Source: a virus (Duplodnaviria > Heunggongvirae > Uroviricota > Caudoviricetes). From it: 23,282 nt of DNA. The notes beneath the pieces were generated by a model. The model worked only from the letters and a program-made list of their open reading frames with translations, did no database searches and had not been told where the DNA came from. Shown here piece after piece: positions 1 to 9,902 of the stretch. The stretch lies in the IMG/VR virus record IMGVR_UViG_2859799533_000007. One strand, 5' to 3'. The position numbers were made by a program, and so were the translations under genes. Numbering within the stretch: the stretch's first letter is position 1; each line of letters starts with the position of its first letter.

Positions 1-336
1 GTGTTGCCCGAAAACTGGTGGCAACATCCAGCTGCATTAGGTGCAACTGACAGTGATATCGAAATCATCAAACGTCAGTGGGGTGCGTTTTACGGTACGG
101 ATCTGGAGTTGCAACTGCGCCGCCGAGGTATCGATACAATAGTGTTATGTGGGATCTCGACCAATATCGGTGTTGAATCCACCGCCCGCAATGCCTGGGA
201 ACTTGGCTTTAATCTGGTGATTGCCGAAGACGCCTGTAGTGCCGCCAGCGCCGAGCAACACAATAACAGCATTAATCATATCTACCCGCGCATCGCCCGT
301 GTGCGTAGCGTGGAAGAGATCCTTCACGCGTTATGA
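1..336 (+). CDS. yecD: Isochorismatase-family hydrolase, 3' portion (5' end lies outside the window)
   Basis: ORF runs from the window edge to a stop at 334-336. The translation (…[36 protein letters not shown]…) is typical of the cysteine-hydrolase/isochorismatase fold and matches my recollection of E. coli YecD. Symbol is from memory, not a search. Confidence 0.7.
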   Translation: MLPENWWQHPAALGATDSDIEIIKRQWGAFYGTDLELQLRRRGIDTIVLCGISTNIGVESTARNAWELGFNLVIAEDACSAASAEQHNNSINHIYPRIARVRSVEEILHAL

Positions 337-440
337 TTTACATCGGTCTACCGCAATGGTCGCATCCTAAATGGGTGCGGTTGGGGGTGATGCTGCCAAC
401 TTACTGATTTAGTGTATGATGGTGTTTTTGAGGTGCTCCA

Positions 441-716
441 GTGGCTTCTGTTTCTATCAGCTGTCCCTCCTGTTCAGCTACTGACGGGGTGGTGCGTAAC
501 GGCAAAAGCACTGCCGGACATCAGCGCTATCTCTGCTCTCACTGCCGTAAAACATGGCAACTGCAGTTCACTTACACCGCTTCTCAACCCGGTACGCACC
601 AGAAAATTATTGATATGGCCATGAATGGCGTTGGATGCCGGGCAACTGCACGCATTATGGGCGTTAGCCTCAACACGATTTTACGTCACTTAAAAAACTC
701 AGGCCGCAGTCGGTAA
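441..716 (+). CDS. insA: IS1 InsA (transposition inhibitor / DNA-binding protein)
   Basis: 91-aa [46 protein letters not shown]…, the canonical IS1 InsA with its zinc-finger-like CxxC motifs. Confidence 0.93.
   Translation: MASVSISCPSCSATDGVVRNGKSTAGHQRYLCSHCRKTWQLQFTYTASQPGTHQKIIDMAMNGVGCRATARIMGVSLNTILRHLKNSGRSR
690..698 (+). promoter_or_regulatory. IS1 programmed -1 frameshift motif (TTAAAAAAC) for the InsAB' fusion
   Basis: A6C run located at the insA/insB overlap, as in IS1. Confidence 0.75.
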
Positions 717-760
717 CCTCGCGCATACAGCCGGGCAGTGACGTCATCGTCTGCGCGGAA

Positions 761-1138
761 ATGGACGAACAGTGGGGATACGTCGGGGCTAAATCGCGCC
801 AGCGCTGGCTGTTTTACGCGTATGACAGGCTCCGGAAGACGGTTGTTGCGCACGTATTCGGTGAACGCACTATGGCGACGCTGGGGCGTCTTATGAGCTT
901 GCTGTCACCCTTTGACGTGGTGATATGGATGACGGATGGCTGGCCACTGTATGAATCCCGCCTGAAGGGAAAGCTGCACGTAATCAGCAAGCGATATACG
1001 CAGCGAATTGAGCGGCATAACCTGAATCTGAGGCAGCACCTGGCACGGCTGGGACGGAAGTCGCTGTCGTTCTCAAAATCGGTGGAGCTGCATGACAAAG
1101 TCATCGGGCATTATCTGAACATAAAACACTATCAATAA
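761..1138 (+). CDS. insB: IS1 InsB (transposase catalytic part; made as InsAB' by frameshifting)
   Basis: ORF …[51 protein letters not shown]… The first in-frame Met is at 761, but the insB frame is open upstream to the A6C site. Confidence 0.9.
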   Translation: MDEQWGYVGAKSRQRWLFYAYDRLRKTVVAHVFGERTMATLGRLMSLLSPFDVVIWMTDGWPLYESRLKGKLHVISKRYTQRIERHNLNLRQHLARLGRKSLSFSKSVELHDKVIGHYLNIKHYQ

Positions 1139-1153
1139 GTTGGAGTCATTACC

Positions 1154-3000
1154 GCATAATTGCCAATCTCAACGTAAATATCATATGTATCGCCGGATGT
1201 GTTGATCCAGGCGAAATTCGTTAATCCGACGGCTGTACGCTTCCACAAAGCCCCGGTAATTCCTTTGGGGTTTCCATTGCCTGCTCGTAGAACCAGTTCT
1301 GAAATGCCTGCCTGATGTGGGGAACCGACGTTGTAACCAGCGCCACCAATCAATGCGATGTAAACGATGGAACTCGCTTGTGGCATGGTAACCGTAGCCA
1401 GTTTGAACCACCCAGCCCCGCCAGAGAAAGACATCGTTACTGAATTTAAAGTACCAATATCTTTCGGCGTTAATGTTATATCCGCAGTCAATGCTTTTCC
1501 GTTAACTTTTCGGTTAGATGGCACCCTGCTATTCGCATTGTCATTGGCTGCTTTAACTGCTTTTGGCGTTGCGGCCAGCGATTCACTGGTGCTATCAACA
1601 GCACTGCTAAGTTTCACAACACCTTTAGTTGTAAGGCTTGCGTCTTCCATCGCAACTGCACCGGCAATCTCTTCAGCACGATCAGCAGCAGCTTCCGCAC
1701 GGGTCGCAGCGGATTCAGCAGTAGTTTTGCTCTGAGATGCTGCCGTCGCACTGCCTGCCGCCTCTGTTGCCTTCGTGGATGCCGTCGTGGCGCTGCTCTT
1801 CGCTGCTGACGCTTGTCTGGTCGCCTCATCTTTTGAAGCAGACGCCGATGATGCCGATGACGCCGCCGAACTGGCGGACGATGCGGCAGCCGTTTTTGAG
1901 GATTCTGCGCTGGTTTCCGACGCTTTCGCGTTCGTTTCGGATGTCTTCGCTGCGGAAGCAGACCTCGCTGCTGCGCTGGCCTGTTCAGTGGCTTCGCCAG
2001 CCTTCGTTGTGGCTGTTGAAGCAGACGATGCGGAGCTTTCTGCCGATTTTCCGGCGGCGGTGGCACTGGCTGAGGCCTGCCCGGCACTTGTTGACGCTGC
2101 ACTGGCAGACGACGCAGCCGCTGTTTTTGAGCCTGCCGCAGCTGAGGCACTCTGTTCCGCTGCCGTTTCAGAAGACCTGGCGTTTGTCTCAGACGTTTTT
2201 GCCGCCTTCGCAGAATTTGCTGCCGCCGTTGCCGAGGAAGCTGCGCTGCTGGCGCTCGAGGCTGCGTTCGTTTCTGATGATTTTGCCGCCTCTTTTGAAG
2301 CCGACGCATCCCGTGCTGAAGTGGCTGCTTCTGACGCTTTCGTGGTCGCGGTGGATGCAGAAGTGGCTGCTGATTGTTGTGACGCTGCCGCATTCGTTTC
2401 TGACGTTTTCGCCGCACCGGCACTGGTAGCCGCCGCGCTTTTTGAGGACTCTGCAGCGGCAGCACTTTTTAATGCTTCAGTGGCCTTTGTTGATGCCGTT
2501 CCTGCGCTGGAAGACGCTGACTGAGCCGACGACGCGGCCTGTCCGGCTGACGTGCTGGCGGCACGTGCTGAGGCTGCAGCATCGGTTGCATGAGTTGCCG
2601 CCTCGCTGGCTGATTTTTTCGCGGCTGCCGTATTCTGTGCAACCGCGGAGGCGTTACGTGACACCTCTTCCACCATCTGCTCAAAGCGGCGCAGTGCCTC
2701 CGGTCGGACATCATCCTCCGTCATGGCACCGAGAAAATCATTCAGCGTACCTGGTCTGGAACCTTCATAGACGGTAATGGTCCCGGCATGTGAAGGCGGA
2801 AAACCTTCAACCAGCAGGGTGACGCTGTACTGACCATGCTCAACATCCATGCTGTAACGTCCGGCTTCATCCGGATTTTCAGAGGCCACCGTGTTCACCA
2901 CCACCGTGCTGCTGGTTCGTCTGGCCTTCAGCACAATGGTGCAGTTCTGTACTGGTTTTCCTGTGCCATCTTTAAGCACGCCAGAAATTTTTACTGTCAT
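1154..3000 (-). pseudogene. stf: Side tail fibre gene (lambda Stf-like), 3' end removed by IS1
   Basis: N-terminus MTVKISGVLKDGTGKPVQNCTIVLKARR… closely resembles lambda Stf. The ORF runs into IS1 at 1153 and its last ~6 codons and stop (1132-1134) are IS1 sequence. Confidence 0.85.
1668..2643 (-). repeat. Ala/Ser/Thr-rich low-complexity coding repeats inside stf
   Basis: Reiterated motifs such as AAKTSETNA… and SASSAS… in the translation; they create long spurious ORFs in other frames and on the opposite strand. Confidence 0.7.
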
Positions 3001-3010
3001 ACTTTTCCAC

Positions 3011-3046
3011 CAATAAAAAAAGCCCGCAGCAGTGACGCCACGGGCT
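3011..3046 (-). terminator. Candidate intrinsic terminator between lom and stf
   Basis: On the minus strand AGCCCG…CGGGCU stem (6 bp, 14-nt loop) followed by a U7 tract (plus-strand A-run 3015-3021). Confidence 0.45.
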
Positions 3047-3151
3047 TCAGGACAGTGTAACTTTACGTTTCCTCAAACGCAGTTCACCCCATAAAGTGGA
3101 TGAACCTGCGTATCATAACAATATTTACAGAAGATAAATCGGCGTCTGTTG

Positions 3152-3751
3152 TCAGAAACGGTATCCGATACCAACAATAAATGCATCCGTTCGCCAGTCG
3201 CCACTACCGGAACCTTCATAAGCAAGGTCAACGGCCACGGATTCGGTCGGGTTAAACTGCACGCCAGCCCCCCACGCCAGAGAGGTATTGCTGTGGCGAC
3301 CGTCATCACTTCCGGTCAGCACGTCGTGCGTTTTCCCCTTGTTGTCAGTTACGCGGAGATAATCCCCGGAGAAAGTCGACACACGGCTGTAAGCCACACC
3401 CGCCATCGCATACGCGCTGAACCATTCATTCACGCGTACAGACGGCCCCGCCATCACGCTGAACCAGCGGTTACGCACGGAATCTTCATGCCAGCGGGTA
3501 TCGCTGTAGCGCGTTTTTTGCTCATCCTCAGCATTGGCATAACTGAAGGACGTAATCAGCCCCAGCGCGTCCGTAAACTCATAACGGTATTTCACGTTAA
3601 TCCCGTTCAGATCATCACTACCGGGAACGTTCGTCGAGGCATGGAGATACCCCGCGCTCAGCGTGGACTGATGTTCTGCTGCACTCGCTGGCGTAGCAGC
3701 GGCGACCTGCCAGACTACTGCGGACAAAATAACAGCACATAATTTACGCAT
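3152..3751 (-). CDS. lom: Lom-like outer membrane beta-barrel protein (Ail/Lom/PagC family); a lambda moron
   Basis: 199-aa ORF with a signal peptide (MRKLCAVILSAVVWQVAAATPASA), alternating beta-strand pattern and C-terminal …IVGIGYRF; same position as lom in lambda, between J and stf. Confidence 0.88.
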   Translation of the reverse strand: MRKLCAVILSAVVWQVAAATPASAAEHQSTLSAGYLHASTNVPGSDDLNGINVKYRYEFTDALGLITSFSYANAEDEQKTRYSDTRWHEDSVRNRWFSVMAGPSVRVNEWFSAYAMAGVAYSRVSTFSGDYLRVTDNKGKTHDVLTGSDDGRHSNTSLAWGAGVQFNPTESVAVDLAYEGSGSGDWRTDAFIVGIGYRF

Positions 3752-3775
3752 AATTACCTCTCGCTTTTCTGCAAT

Positions 3776-3799
3776 AAAAAAGGCGCCATTTCTGGCGCC
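3776..3799 (-). terminator. Intrinsic terminator after J
   Basis: Minus strand GGCGCCA-GAAA-UGGCGCC (7-bp GC stem, 4-nt loop) followed by U6. Confidence 0.65.
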
Positions 3800-3818
3800 C
3801 GTATCTGGGTTATAAAAT

Positions 3819-6800
3819 TCAGCTAATCGTGATGCCTGCAGTGGCTTTCTTCATCACCACAACCAGCAAATCGCTGATACTTGCTGTGGGATACCAGTTA
3901 TTTACCAGCCATGCTGACACCGAAAACTCCAGTGTCATGTGACCGTGACCGGCAGGCATATCAATAACACCACTGTAAATCAGCGTATTATCCAGCGCGG
4001 TACGGTTATAAATTTCAGCACCGTTTTTCCGCACTATCAGACGGCATGAGGAGTAAATATCAGTATGCTCTTTCTCATGTTTAGCGCCGCTGAATGCCAC
4101 CGCCGGAATAACAATCTGCCGGTCAAACGGCTGATCGTCATAAACCCTGACGGTAATGGTTCCTGATGGCCACCGCTCTGGTGCACGGGAGTCCCGGGGG
4201 AAAGCTTTGCCCACTGTTTTAACGAGATCGCCTTCAATCTGGTTCGCGGACAATTTTCCCAGAACCCGACAGTTCTCGTTAATAGTGACGTTGTTGAGCG
4301 TCCCGGAGTTCGCATTCACGTTACCGCTGATATCGGCATTTTTCGCCGTCAGCCGCCCGTCCGGTGTCAGGGAAAATGCCGGAGGATTACCGCCGCTGGT
4401 AATGGTGGGAGCCGTCAGATATTTCAGGAACACTTCATTCATAAATATCTGATCGCCCTGACCAACAAACATCGGCTTTGTGTTGCCATTCGCAGGATTA
4501 ATCATCGCAATCCTGTCTGCCGCCAGCAGCACCTGACTCTGCATTCCTGCTGGCGTATTCTCAATACCGGCACCGATACCCGCAATATAAAGGCGTCCGT
4601 CCTGCATCTGCTGCAGTTTCACGGCCCACATGCTGTTCAGGTTATTATTTGTATCAACCTGAACTTTCTGTATCTGCTGGATTGCCGCACTCTGATTTTC
4701 CAGTTTTTTATTGACGGTCTGCGTGATTTCATTGCTGACATTCGTAATGGACGTCCTGATTTCAGCCAGGTCCGGCGCAAGCTGACCGTTATCAATCTGC
4801 GTCCACAGCTCCTGGGCCAGATGTGTTTTCCCGATTTCTCCTTTGAAAAAATCCAGGTAACCTTCCACATCATCGCTCGCCCGACCGACAGCCTCCACGA
4901 ATGCCGATTTGCCAACAGTATTCACACTGCGGATATAAAAATAATAATCATGGCCCGGTTTGATATTGATACTGGCAGCTATCCAGTACAGCGCCGAGCC
5001 AAGATAGCGGGCTGCGGTTTCAACCTGCCTGATATCCGCAATCCGCTTTTCCGAGAACCAGAACTCAAACTGTACCGTCGGGTCATAAACGGCAAGATGT
5101 GGCGTTGCGGTTATCTGAAAATAGCCCGGCGTCAGCTCAATCCGCGACGGTGCTGCCGGTGCGGCAATCCGGAAGGTGGTGGTGGCCGGTTCGCCCTGCT
5201 GGCCATAACTGTTAATTGCCCTGACTGTCAGGGTGTATTCCCCGAGCGGCAGACCACTGAAACGATGCTCTGTATCCGCAGTGATAGCGGTGGTCACCAG
5301 ACGGCTGTCTTCTCCGCTTCCGCTGGTCAGTCGCAGACTGAAGCGCACCCCCTTCACCACCCGCGGCGTGTCCCATTTCGCCTGTGCCAGATACTGGCCG
5401 TCAGCTGCGCTCACCTCCACCGTCAGGTGCTGCACTGCCGGTGGGATGACGCTGTTCAGGGAGCCTGACTGCGGCTCAAAGCGGGCACCGTTATCCACGA
5501 TGGCTTCTTTTTCCGGTACGTGCTGCACCGCCGTGATGGCAAAGGTGCCGTCCGTGTTTTCCCGGACGGAGACACAGCGGAACAGGCGACGGCGCAGTGA
5601 CGGCAGGGAGAGTCCCCACACCCCGTATGTCTCCACACCATCAGGCAGGGTACTGACCTGTATCCGGTCCGGCGCGGGGTGTGCGGTGATGTCCACACTC
5701 ACCGGCTTACCGCTGCCGTTAATCAGGTTCACCGCCGATGTACCTGTCTCCGGCAGGGTAACCTCACGGTCCAGCGTCAGGGTGCGGGTGGCAGCATCAA
5801 TGGACAGGACACGTCCGCCGGTCAGGGTCCCGGCATAGTCATTATCACAGATTTCAATAATGTCACCGGGTGTGTGCCGCAGCCCCTGAGACCCGAGCGT
5901 GAAGTCCACCGTCTGCGTTTCCAGCAGTTCGGTCTTTATCACCCACAGTCCGGCACGGTGGGCCTGACCGCGGCTGGTACAGCCGAACGCGTCCATCTTC
6001 AGCAGATTGCGCCCGTAGCGCAGTATGGCTTCCGGGTCTTCCACCAGTTCCGTGGAGGTCTGCCAGCCGTTCTGCGGGTCGGTGTAATTCACCTCCACCG
6101 CCGTGTGCCGGTCCTTCAGGGCACTGAAGCTGTAGCGGAACCCCACGCCGTTATCATCCACCACCACATCGCTGTTGGTGTACGGCCACACCACATCCGA
6201 CAGGCGGTCCTGAACAAACGTCAGCATCTGGCCGTTCCATACCGGCATACAGCGCATCGCCGAGCAGAAATCACTGAGAACATCCCACGCCTTACGCTGT
6301 TGTGCCAGGTACGCATTGAAGGTCATCCGCGGCTCGGTGCCCCCGAAGCCATCCGGCACCATCTGGTCGCAGTACTGCCCGATGGCATACAGCGCCCACT
6401 TGTCCACATCCGCCGCCCCCAGACGTTTTCCCATGCCGTAGCGCGGGTGAGTCAGCATGTCCCACAGACACCAGGCCGGATTGTTGCTGTATGCCGGTTT
6501 CAGACTGCCGTCCCAGATACCACTGTACGTGCGTTTTTCCGGGTCATAGTTTGACGGCACCTGGATGATGCGACCGCGGATATGGTAGTTCACCGTCATC
6601 TGCTGGCCGCCGAACTGCTCCGCATCCACCTGCAGCCCCACAATGGCCGTGTTCGGGTAGCACTGTTTCACATCGATGATTTCGGTGTATGACGACCACA
6701 GCGTCTTATTCTGCAGCTGGTCCGTGGTGCTGTCCGCCGTCTCCCTGACCATCCGGATGTTAAAGGGCCGGGGAGGCAGATTATCCAGAATCACCGAGGC

Positions 6801-7292
6801 CAGGAACTGTGAGGTGGTCTTGCCGTTAATGGTGACGTCCTTTTCCGTCACCCAGCGGCCATTACGCTGTAACTGAATCAGAATCCGGACAGAGGAAGGA
6901 TTACGGTCGCCCTTTGACGTGGTCTGCACCAGTGACTGCACCCCGAAGGTAACCCGCAGGCGGTCAATGTTCGCGGACGTAATGGTGCGCGTCACCGGTT
7001 TTGCCTTCGTCACTTCCACGCCCAGTCCGGTTTCAGCTCCGGAGGACTCAAAGCCTTCCGGTGGTGTCTGCTCCTGCTCCCCGGCGCGCCAGACCGCCGT
7101 CACACCGTGTATCACGGGATTGCCGTCCGTGTCCGTCAGTGGGGTTTTGTTCACCAGAATACTCTGCAGTCCCTTCACCGGACCTTCTATCGGTCCCTCA
7201 CCAATCGCATCAATCACACTCATCATCTGCGTGGATTTGAGATTATCCTTCGCCTCACGAGGCGTGTGTGCCTTACCGCCACCTTTTCCCAT
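3819..7292 (-). CDS. J: Tail tip / host specificity protein J (central tail fibre)
   Basis: Long similarity to lambda J from [22 protein letters not shown]… onward. Start placed at the ATG at 7292, preceded by GGGGAAGG; the ORF-track extension to 7505 is a non-coding upstream read-through. About 1157 aa. Confidence 0.9.
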   Translation of the reverse strand: MGKGGGKAHTPREAKDNLKSTQMMSVIDAIGEGPIEGPVKGLQSILVNKTPLTDTDGNPVIHGVTAVWRAGEQEQTPPEGFESSGAETGLGVEVTKAKPVTRTITSANIDRLRVTFGVQSLVQTTSKGDRNPSSVRILIQLQRNGRWVTEKDVTINGKTTSQFLASVILDNLPPRPFNIRMVRETADSTTDQLQNKTLWSSYTEIIDVKQCYPNTAIVGLQVDAEQFGGQQMTVNYHIRGRIIQVPSNYDPEKRTYSGIWDGSLKPAYSNNPAWCLWDMLTHPRYGMGKRLGAADVDKWALYAIGQYCDQMVPDGFGGTEPRMTFNAYLAQQRKAWDVLSDFCSAMRCMPVWNGQMLTFVQDRLSDVVWPYTNSDVVVDDNGVGFRYSFSALKDRHTAVEVNYTDPQNGWQTSTELVEDPEAILRYGRNLLKMDAFGCTSRGQAHRAGLWVIKTELLETQTVDFTLGSQGLRHTPGDIIEICDNDYAGTLTGGRVLSIDAATRTLTLDREVTLPETGTSAVNLINGSGKPVSVDITAHPAPDRIQVSTLPDGVETYGVWGLSLPSLRRRLFRCVSVRENTDGTFAITAVQHVPEKEAIVDNGARFEPQSGSLNSVIPPAVQHLTVEVSAADGQYLAQAKWDTPRVVKGVRFSLRLTSGSGEDSRLVTTAITADTEHRFSGLPLGEYTLTVRAINSYGQQGEPATTTFRIAAPAAPSRIELTPGYFQITATPHLAVYDPTVQFEFWFSEKRIADIRQVETAARYLGSALYWIAASINIKPGHDYYFYIRSVNTVGKSAFVEAVGRASDDVEGYLDFFKGEIGKTHLAQELWTQIDNGQLAPDLAEIRTSITNVSNEITQTVNKKLENQSAAIQQIQKVQVDTNNNLNSMWAVKLQQMQDGRLYIAGIGAGIENTPAGMQSQVLLAADRIAMINPANGNTKPMFVGQGDQIFMNEVFLKYLTAPTITSGGNPPAFSLTPDGRLTAKNADISGNVNANSGTLNNVTINENCRVLGKLSANQIEGDLVKTVGKAFPRDSRAPERWPSGTITVRVYDDQPFDRQIVIPAVAFSGAKHEKEHTDIYSSCRLIVRKNGAEIYNRTALDNTLIYSGVIDMPAGHGHMTLEFSVSAWLVNNWYPTASISDLLVVVMKKATAGITIS

Positions 7293-7392
7293 ACAGCCTT
7301 CCCCTGAATAAATTAACCGCCACTTGCCATTCCGTACAGAAGTCGGATATCCTTCGCCTGAAAAGCATGAAACACATTTCTGCCATGCTAAA

Positions 7393-7428
7393 GAAAACCC
7401 CGGTATCAGCAGATACCGGGGTTTTCTT
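7393..7428. terminator. Perfect 14-bp-stem hairpin flanked by A- and T-runs (bidirectional terminator-like)
   Basis: AAAGAAAACCCCGGTATC-AGCA-GATACCGGGGTTTTCTTT, located in the enlarged I-J intergenic region. Confidence 0.7.
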
Positions 7429-7496
7429 TCATGCCCACCGATAATCCTGTTGGTTAAAACCGGTAATGGCATAAAAATTCTGAATATCTTCACATT

Positions 7497-7524
7497 TTCA
7501 CACACTGACTGTGGCGCTTATAAT
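7497..7524 (+). promoter_or_regulatory. Sigma70-like promoter (TTCACA, 16-bp spacer, TATAAT), antisense to the tail operon
   Basis: -35 at 7497-7502 (5/6 to TTGACA) and a perfect -10 at 7519-7524, in an AT-rich intergenic insert. Confidence 0.5.
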
Positions 7525-7530
7525 TTCGCT

Positions 7531-7628
7531 GCGTTAGTGTTTTTTTGCCCGAGTAACAAAAACAACTCCTTCACATTGATCTTCATTTGTCTGTCCCCGC
7601 AGCTCCGCGATCACTGCGGGATTTTTTT
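7531..7628 (+). ncRNA. Candidate ~100-nt small RNA (promoter to terminator, no convincing ORF)
   Basis: Bounded by the promoter at 7497-7524 and a plus-strand terminator (stem CCCGCAG/CTGCGGG at 7596-7620, then T7 at 7622-7628). No ATG-initiated ORF inside. Prediction only. Confidence 0.35.
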
Positions 7629-7633
7629 ATGTT

Positions 7634-8305
7634 TTATCCCTGTCGCCCGATAACCACGACCTTTCCGCCCCCGCCTTCATCACGGGTGCTGATGTCCTGG
7701 GATATACGGCGGGAGCCAACCAGCATTTCCCCGTAAGGCACCGGCATCGGGTTCCCCTGGGCAATCATGTTATCCAGCGAGGAAAAGTACGTGTTCTGTC
7801 TGCCGTTATCCGTTGCGCGGTAATCCGGTGTTTTTGCCTTCGGGGCCAGCATCTGGGCCACACCGCCCAGAATCATGCTGGCTCCAAGTGAAAACAGCAT
7901 CGTGGTGGCAGAAAAACCACCGGCTGCCAGGGCTGAACCCCATAACGCCATTGATGCCCCGGCAGTGAAGAAAGAGCCCACGATGGCTGCCGCCCCCAAC
8001 ACAATCTGCAGTCCACCCTTTCCGGCCCCGGCCAGTCGCGGCACAATGTGGATGACCGTTCCCTCACCCAGCTGTTCGTGAAGACGGGCATACACCGCCT
8101 CCGGTGCCGTGTCATCACCGGCAATACGTATCTGGTACCAGCCTTCGTTCATCTGACGGCGAAAGCCCGGCATCTGCATCGACAGGGCGCGAATGGCTTC
8201 CGCTGCCGTGTTCACATACAGGCTGAGGCGGCGGCCAAATCGTTGCAAATCCCCGTGAAGGCAGATGGTGAAGCAGCTCACCGTTGCCGCAGTAAATGGT
8301 GGCAT
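7634..8305 (-). CDS. I: Tail assembly protein I
   Basis: …CLHGDLQRFGRRLSLYVNTAAEAIRALSMQMPGF…IHIVPRLAGAGKGG… resembles lambda I. Start chosen at the Met at 8305 (223 aa, as in lambda); the longer track ORF is read-through of the K overlap. Confidence 0.85.
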   Translation of the reverse strand: MPPFTAATVSCFTICLHGDLQRFGRRLSLYVNTAAEAIRALSMQMPGFRRQMNEGWYQIRIAGDDTAPEAVYARLHEQLGEGTVIHIVPRLAGAGKGGLQIVLGAAAIVGSFFTAGASMALWGSALAAGGFSATTMLFSLGASMILGGVAQMLAPKAKTPDYRATDNGRQNTYFSSLDNMIAQGNPMPVPYGEMLVGSRRISQDISTRDEGGGGKVVVIGRQG

Positions 8306-8864
8306 GGTTCGGTACCGAAGCACCAAAGCAGCACAGCAGAATATCGCCCGGCTGTGCAGAGGACAGGGGCACCCGGTAAAAGCCGGTGACCGCCATATTG
8401 TCCAGGTACAGGTTCTGGCCGTTGCGCCACCAGTCATCCTCGCGATGAAAATCCGGCATATCAATTCCCGCCAGATGGTATGCATCCCGGAACAGCGTGT
8501 AACAGTCCGTCACCCCGTGCTCAAAGCGCCGTCCTGTCAGATGTGGCACACAGCGGAATTTATGAATTTCCCCCCGGCAGACCAGCCACCAGGGCAGTGC
8601 GCTTTTTATCTGCAGCCGCCGGTCAGCCTCGCTCAGCCAGGGCAGCTCACCGGGATGACTGTGGACCAGTGCCACAATCTCCCCCTGCATCTCTGCCCGC
8701 AGCCAGTCTTCCGGTGCGATACGAAAATACGCCTCCGGCTCTGCAGAAATATTCACACAAGGGATATACCGCTCCCCCTCCGGCGTGCTTATCACGAAGC
8801 CGCACGACTCCGCAGGCGCACACCGCCGGGCATGCGCCAGAATCGCTGATTCAGTCTGTGTCAT
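8115..8864 (-). CDS. K: Tail assembly protein K (MPN/JAB plus NlpC/P60 domains)
   Basis: MTQTESAILAHARRCAPAESCGFV…HSHPGELPWLSEADRR…GVTDCYTLFRDAYHLAGI… Start ATG at 8864. The C-terminal ~45 residues look non-native and overlap I by ~190 bp, so the 3' end is uncertain. Confidence 0.8.
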   Translation of the reverse strand: MTQTESAILAHARRCAPAESCGFVISTPEGERYIPCVNISAEPEAYFRIAPEDWLRAEMQGEIVALVHSHPGELPWLSEADRRLQIKSALPWWLVCRGEIHKFRCVPHLTGRRFEHGVTDCYTLFRDAYHLAGIDMPDFHREDDWWRNGQNLYLDNMAVTGFYRVPLSSAQPGDILLCCFGASVPNHATIYCGNGELLHHLPSRGFATIWPPPQPVCEHGSGSHSRPVDADAGLSPSDERRLVPDTYCR

Positions 8865-8874
8865 AAACCGGGAT

Positions 8875-9573
8875 TTACTGCGAAAGTTTATTAATGGAAA
8901 GGAAACCGCCAAAATTGCCGACATTCCTGCGCAGTTCACACCCGCGCATGCACTTGCTGCATCTGTCCTTACGGATATCCGTGGTGGGTTTATCGAACTC
9001 ATCCGCCACAGCCCCGCCCGTGTAACCACACTCATCAGAGCGGTAGGTCCACATACAGGTGTTCGCCAGCATGATACGACCGGGAAACAGCGCCCCGTCC
9101 GTCTCGGTCGGTGTAGCCAGCACAAACGAGGCCGTCATGGCTGTCAGCTGCGACATCTGCTCCACCACCCAGCGGTCACTCAGCTCCTGCTCCGGGTCCG
9201 CCTCCGGATTGCCCGCAACGAAATTCACCGCATCCAGAAAACGGGCATACACCCGGCGGCGGACCACCGTGGCCCCCACCAGACTCTGCAGGTCTTCCGC
9301 CATCCCGGTGACCAGACCGAACAGATTGGACACCGTCAGCGACGGTCTGGCACTGCTGCCCCGGCCGTTCATCTCAAAGCCGCTGCCGTCAATCGGGTAT
9401 GCCTCATACTTACGCCCCTGCCAGGTGACCGGCTCCCCTTTTTCATTCAGCTCATTACAGAAAAAATACCGCTCACCACCCTGCACCGTCAGGTCGATTT
9501 CCCAGAGTACCACCCGCGGTGACTGCTCTGACTTAACCGACTCGTTCAGCCTTTCTTCGCGAATATCCTGCAT
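8875..9573 (-). CDS. L: Minor tail protein L
   Basis: 232-aa ORF MQDIREERLNESVKSEQSPRVVLWEIDLT… with the C-terminal Cys cluster typical of lambda L; start overlaps the M stop (ATGA). Confidence 0.9.
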   Translation of the reverse strand: MQDIREERLNESVKSEQSPRVVLWEIDLTVQGGERYFFCNELNEKGEPVTWQGRKYEAYPIDGSGFEMNGRGSSARPSLTVSNLFGLVTGMAEDLQSLVGATVVRRRVYARFLDAVNFVAGNPEADPEQELSDRWVVEQMSQLTAMTASFVLATPTETDGALFPGRIMLANTCMWTYRSDECGYTGGAVADEFDKPTTDIRKDRCSKCMRGCELRRNVGNFGGFLSINKLSQ

Positions 9574-9902
9574 CAGTTCACCACCTGCTTAAACTCCGCG
9601 CTGAACTCAACGCGCAACATCCCGACCCGCGCAGACCACCCGGCACAGGTCACCTTTATCTGCCGGTATGCATAAGGCGGTGTCCACAGAAACGCCTTCC
9701 AGCCACCGTGCTCTGCCAGGAATTCCTCCAGATGCCGGGCTTCCTCCCGGGTCACGGAAAGCGTCACCCGGTATGTTTTCAGGTCAGCACTCAGCCCTGC
9801 CGCCATACGCTGCGAATAGCCGTCACCAAAACGCACTTCACGCACCGATGGCCGCGAGTTCACCTCCATATCCGGTTTCACTTTCCAGCGAAAGGTTTTC
9901 AT
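9573..9902 (-). CDS. M: Minor tail protein M
   Basis: 109-aa ORF MKTFRWKVKPDMEVNSRPSVREVRFGDGYSQR…, same length and position as lambda M. Confidence 0.9.
   Translation of the reverse strand: MKTFRWKVKPDMEVNSRPSVREVRFGDGYSQRMAAGLSADLKTYRVTLSVTREEARHLEEFLAEHGGWKAFLWTPPYAYRQIKVTCAGWSARVGMLRVEFSAEFKQVVN

Larger units (their letters stand above)
386..1153 (+). mobile_element. IS1 insertion sequence, complete (768 bp)
   Basis: Left end GGTGATGCTGCCAACTTACTGAT at 386 and right end …ATCAATAAGTTGGAGTCATTACC ending at 1153; contains insA and insB with the A6C frameshift motif. No matching 8-9 bp direct repeat is visible in the flanks. Confidence 0.93.

Noticed and set aside
1614-2524. Long ORFs overlapping stf in other frames and on the plus strand (283-aa Arg/Gln-rich minus-strand ORF; 249-aa and 230-aa plus-strand ORFs)
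   Set aside because: They are alternative readings of the GC-rich Ala/Ser repeat region of stf; the extreme low-complexity composition is a frame artefact.
4821-6554. Plus-strand ORFs of 200-290 aa inside the J gene
   Set aside because: Antisense to a well-supported 1157-aa J coding sequence; Arg/His/Cys-rich composition typical of out-of-frame GC-rich DNA.
7293-7505. N-terminal extension of the J ORF to 7505 ([11 protein letters not shown]…)
   Set aside because: J homology and a good RBS begin at the ATG at 7292; the extension reads through the intergenic hairpin and is non-coding.
7324-7653. 109-aa plus-strand ORF across the I-J intergenic region
   Set aside because: GTG-initiated, no RBS, runs through two terminator hairpins, junk composition; the region is better explained as non-coding.
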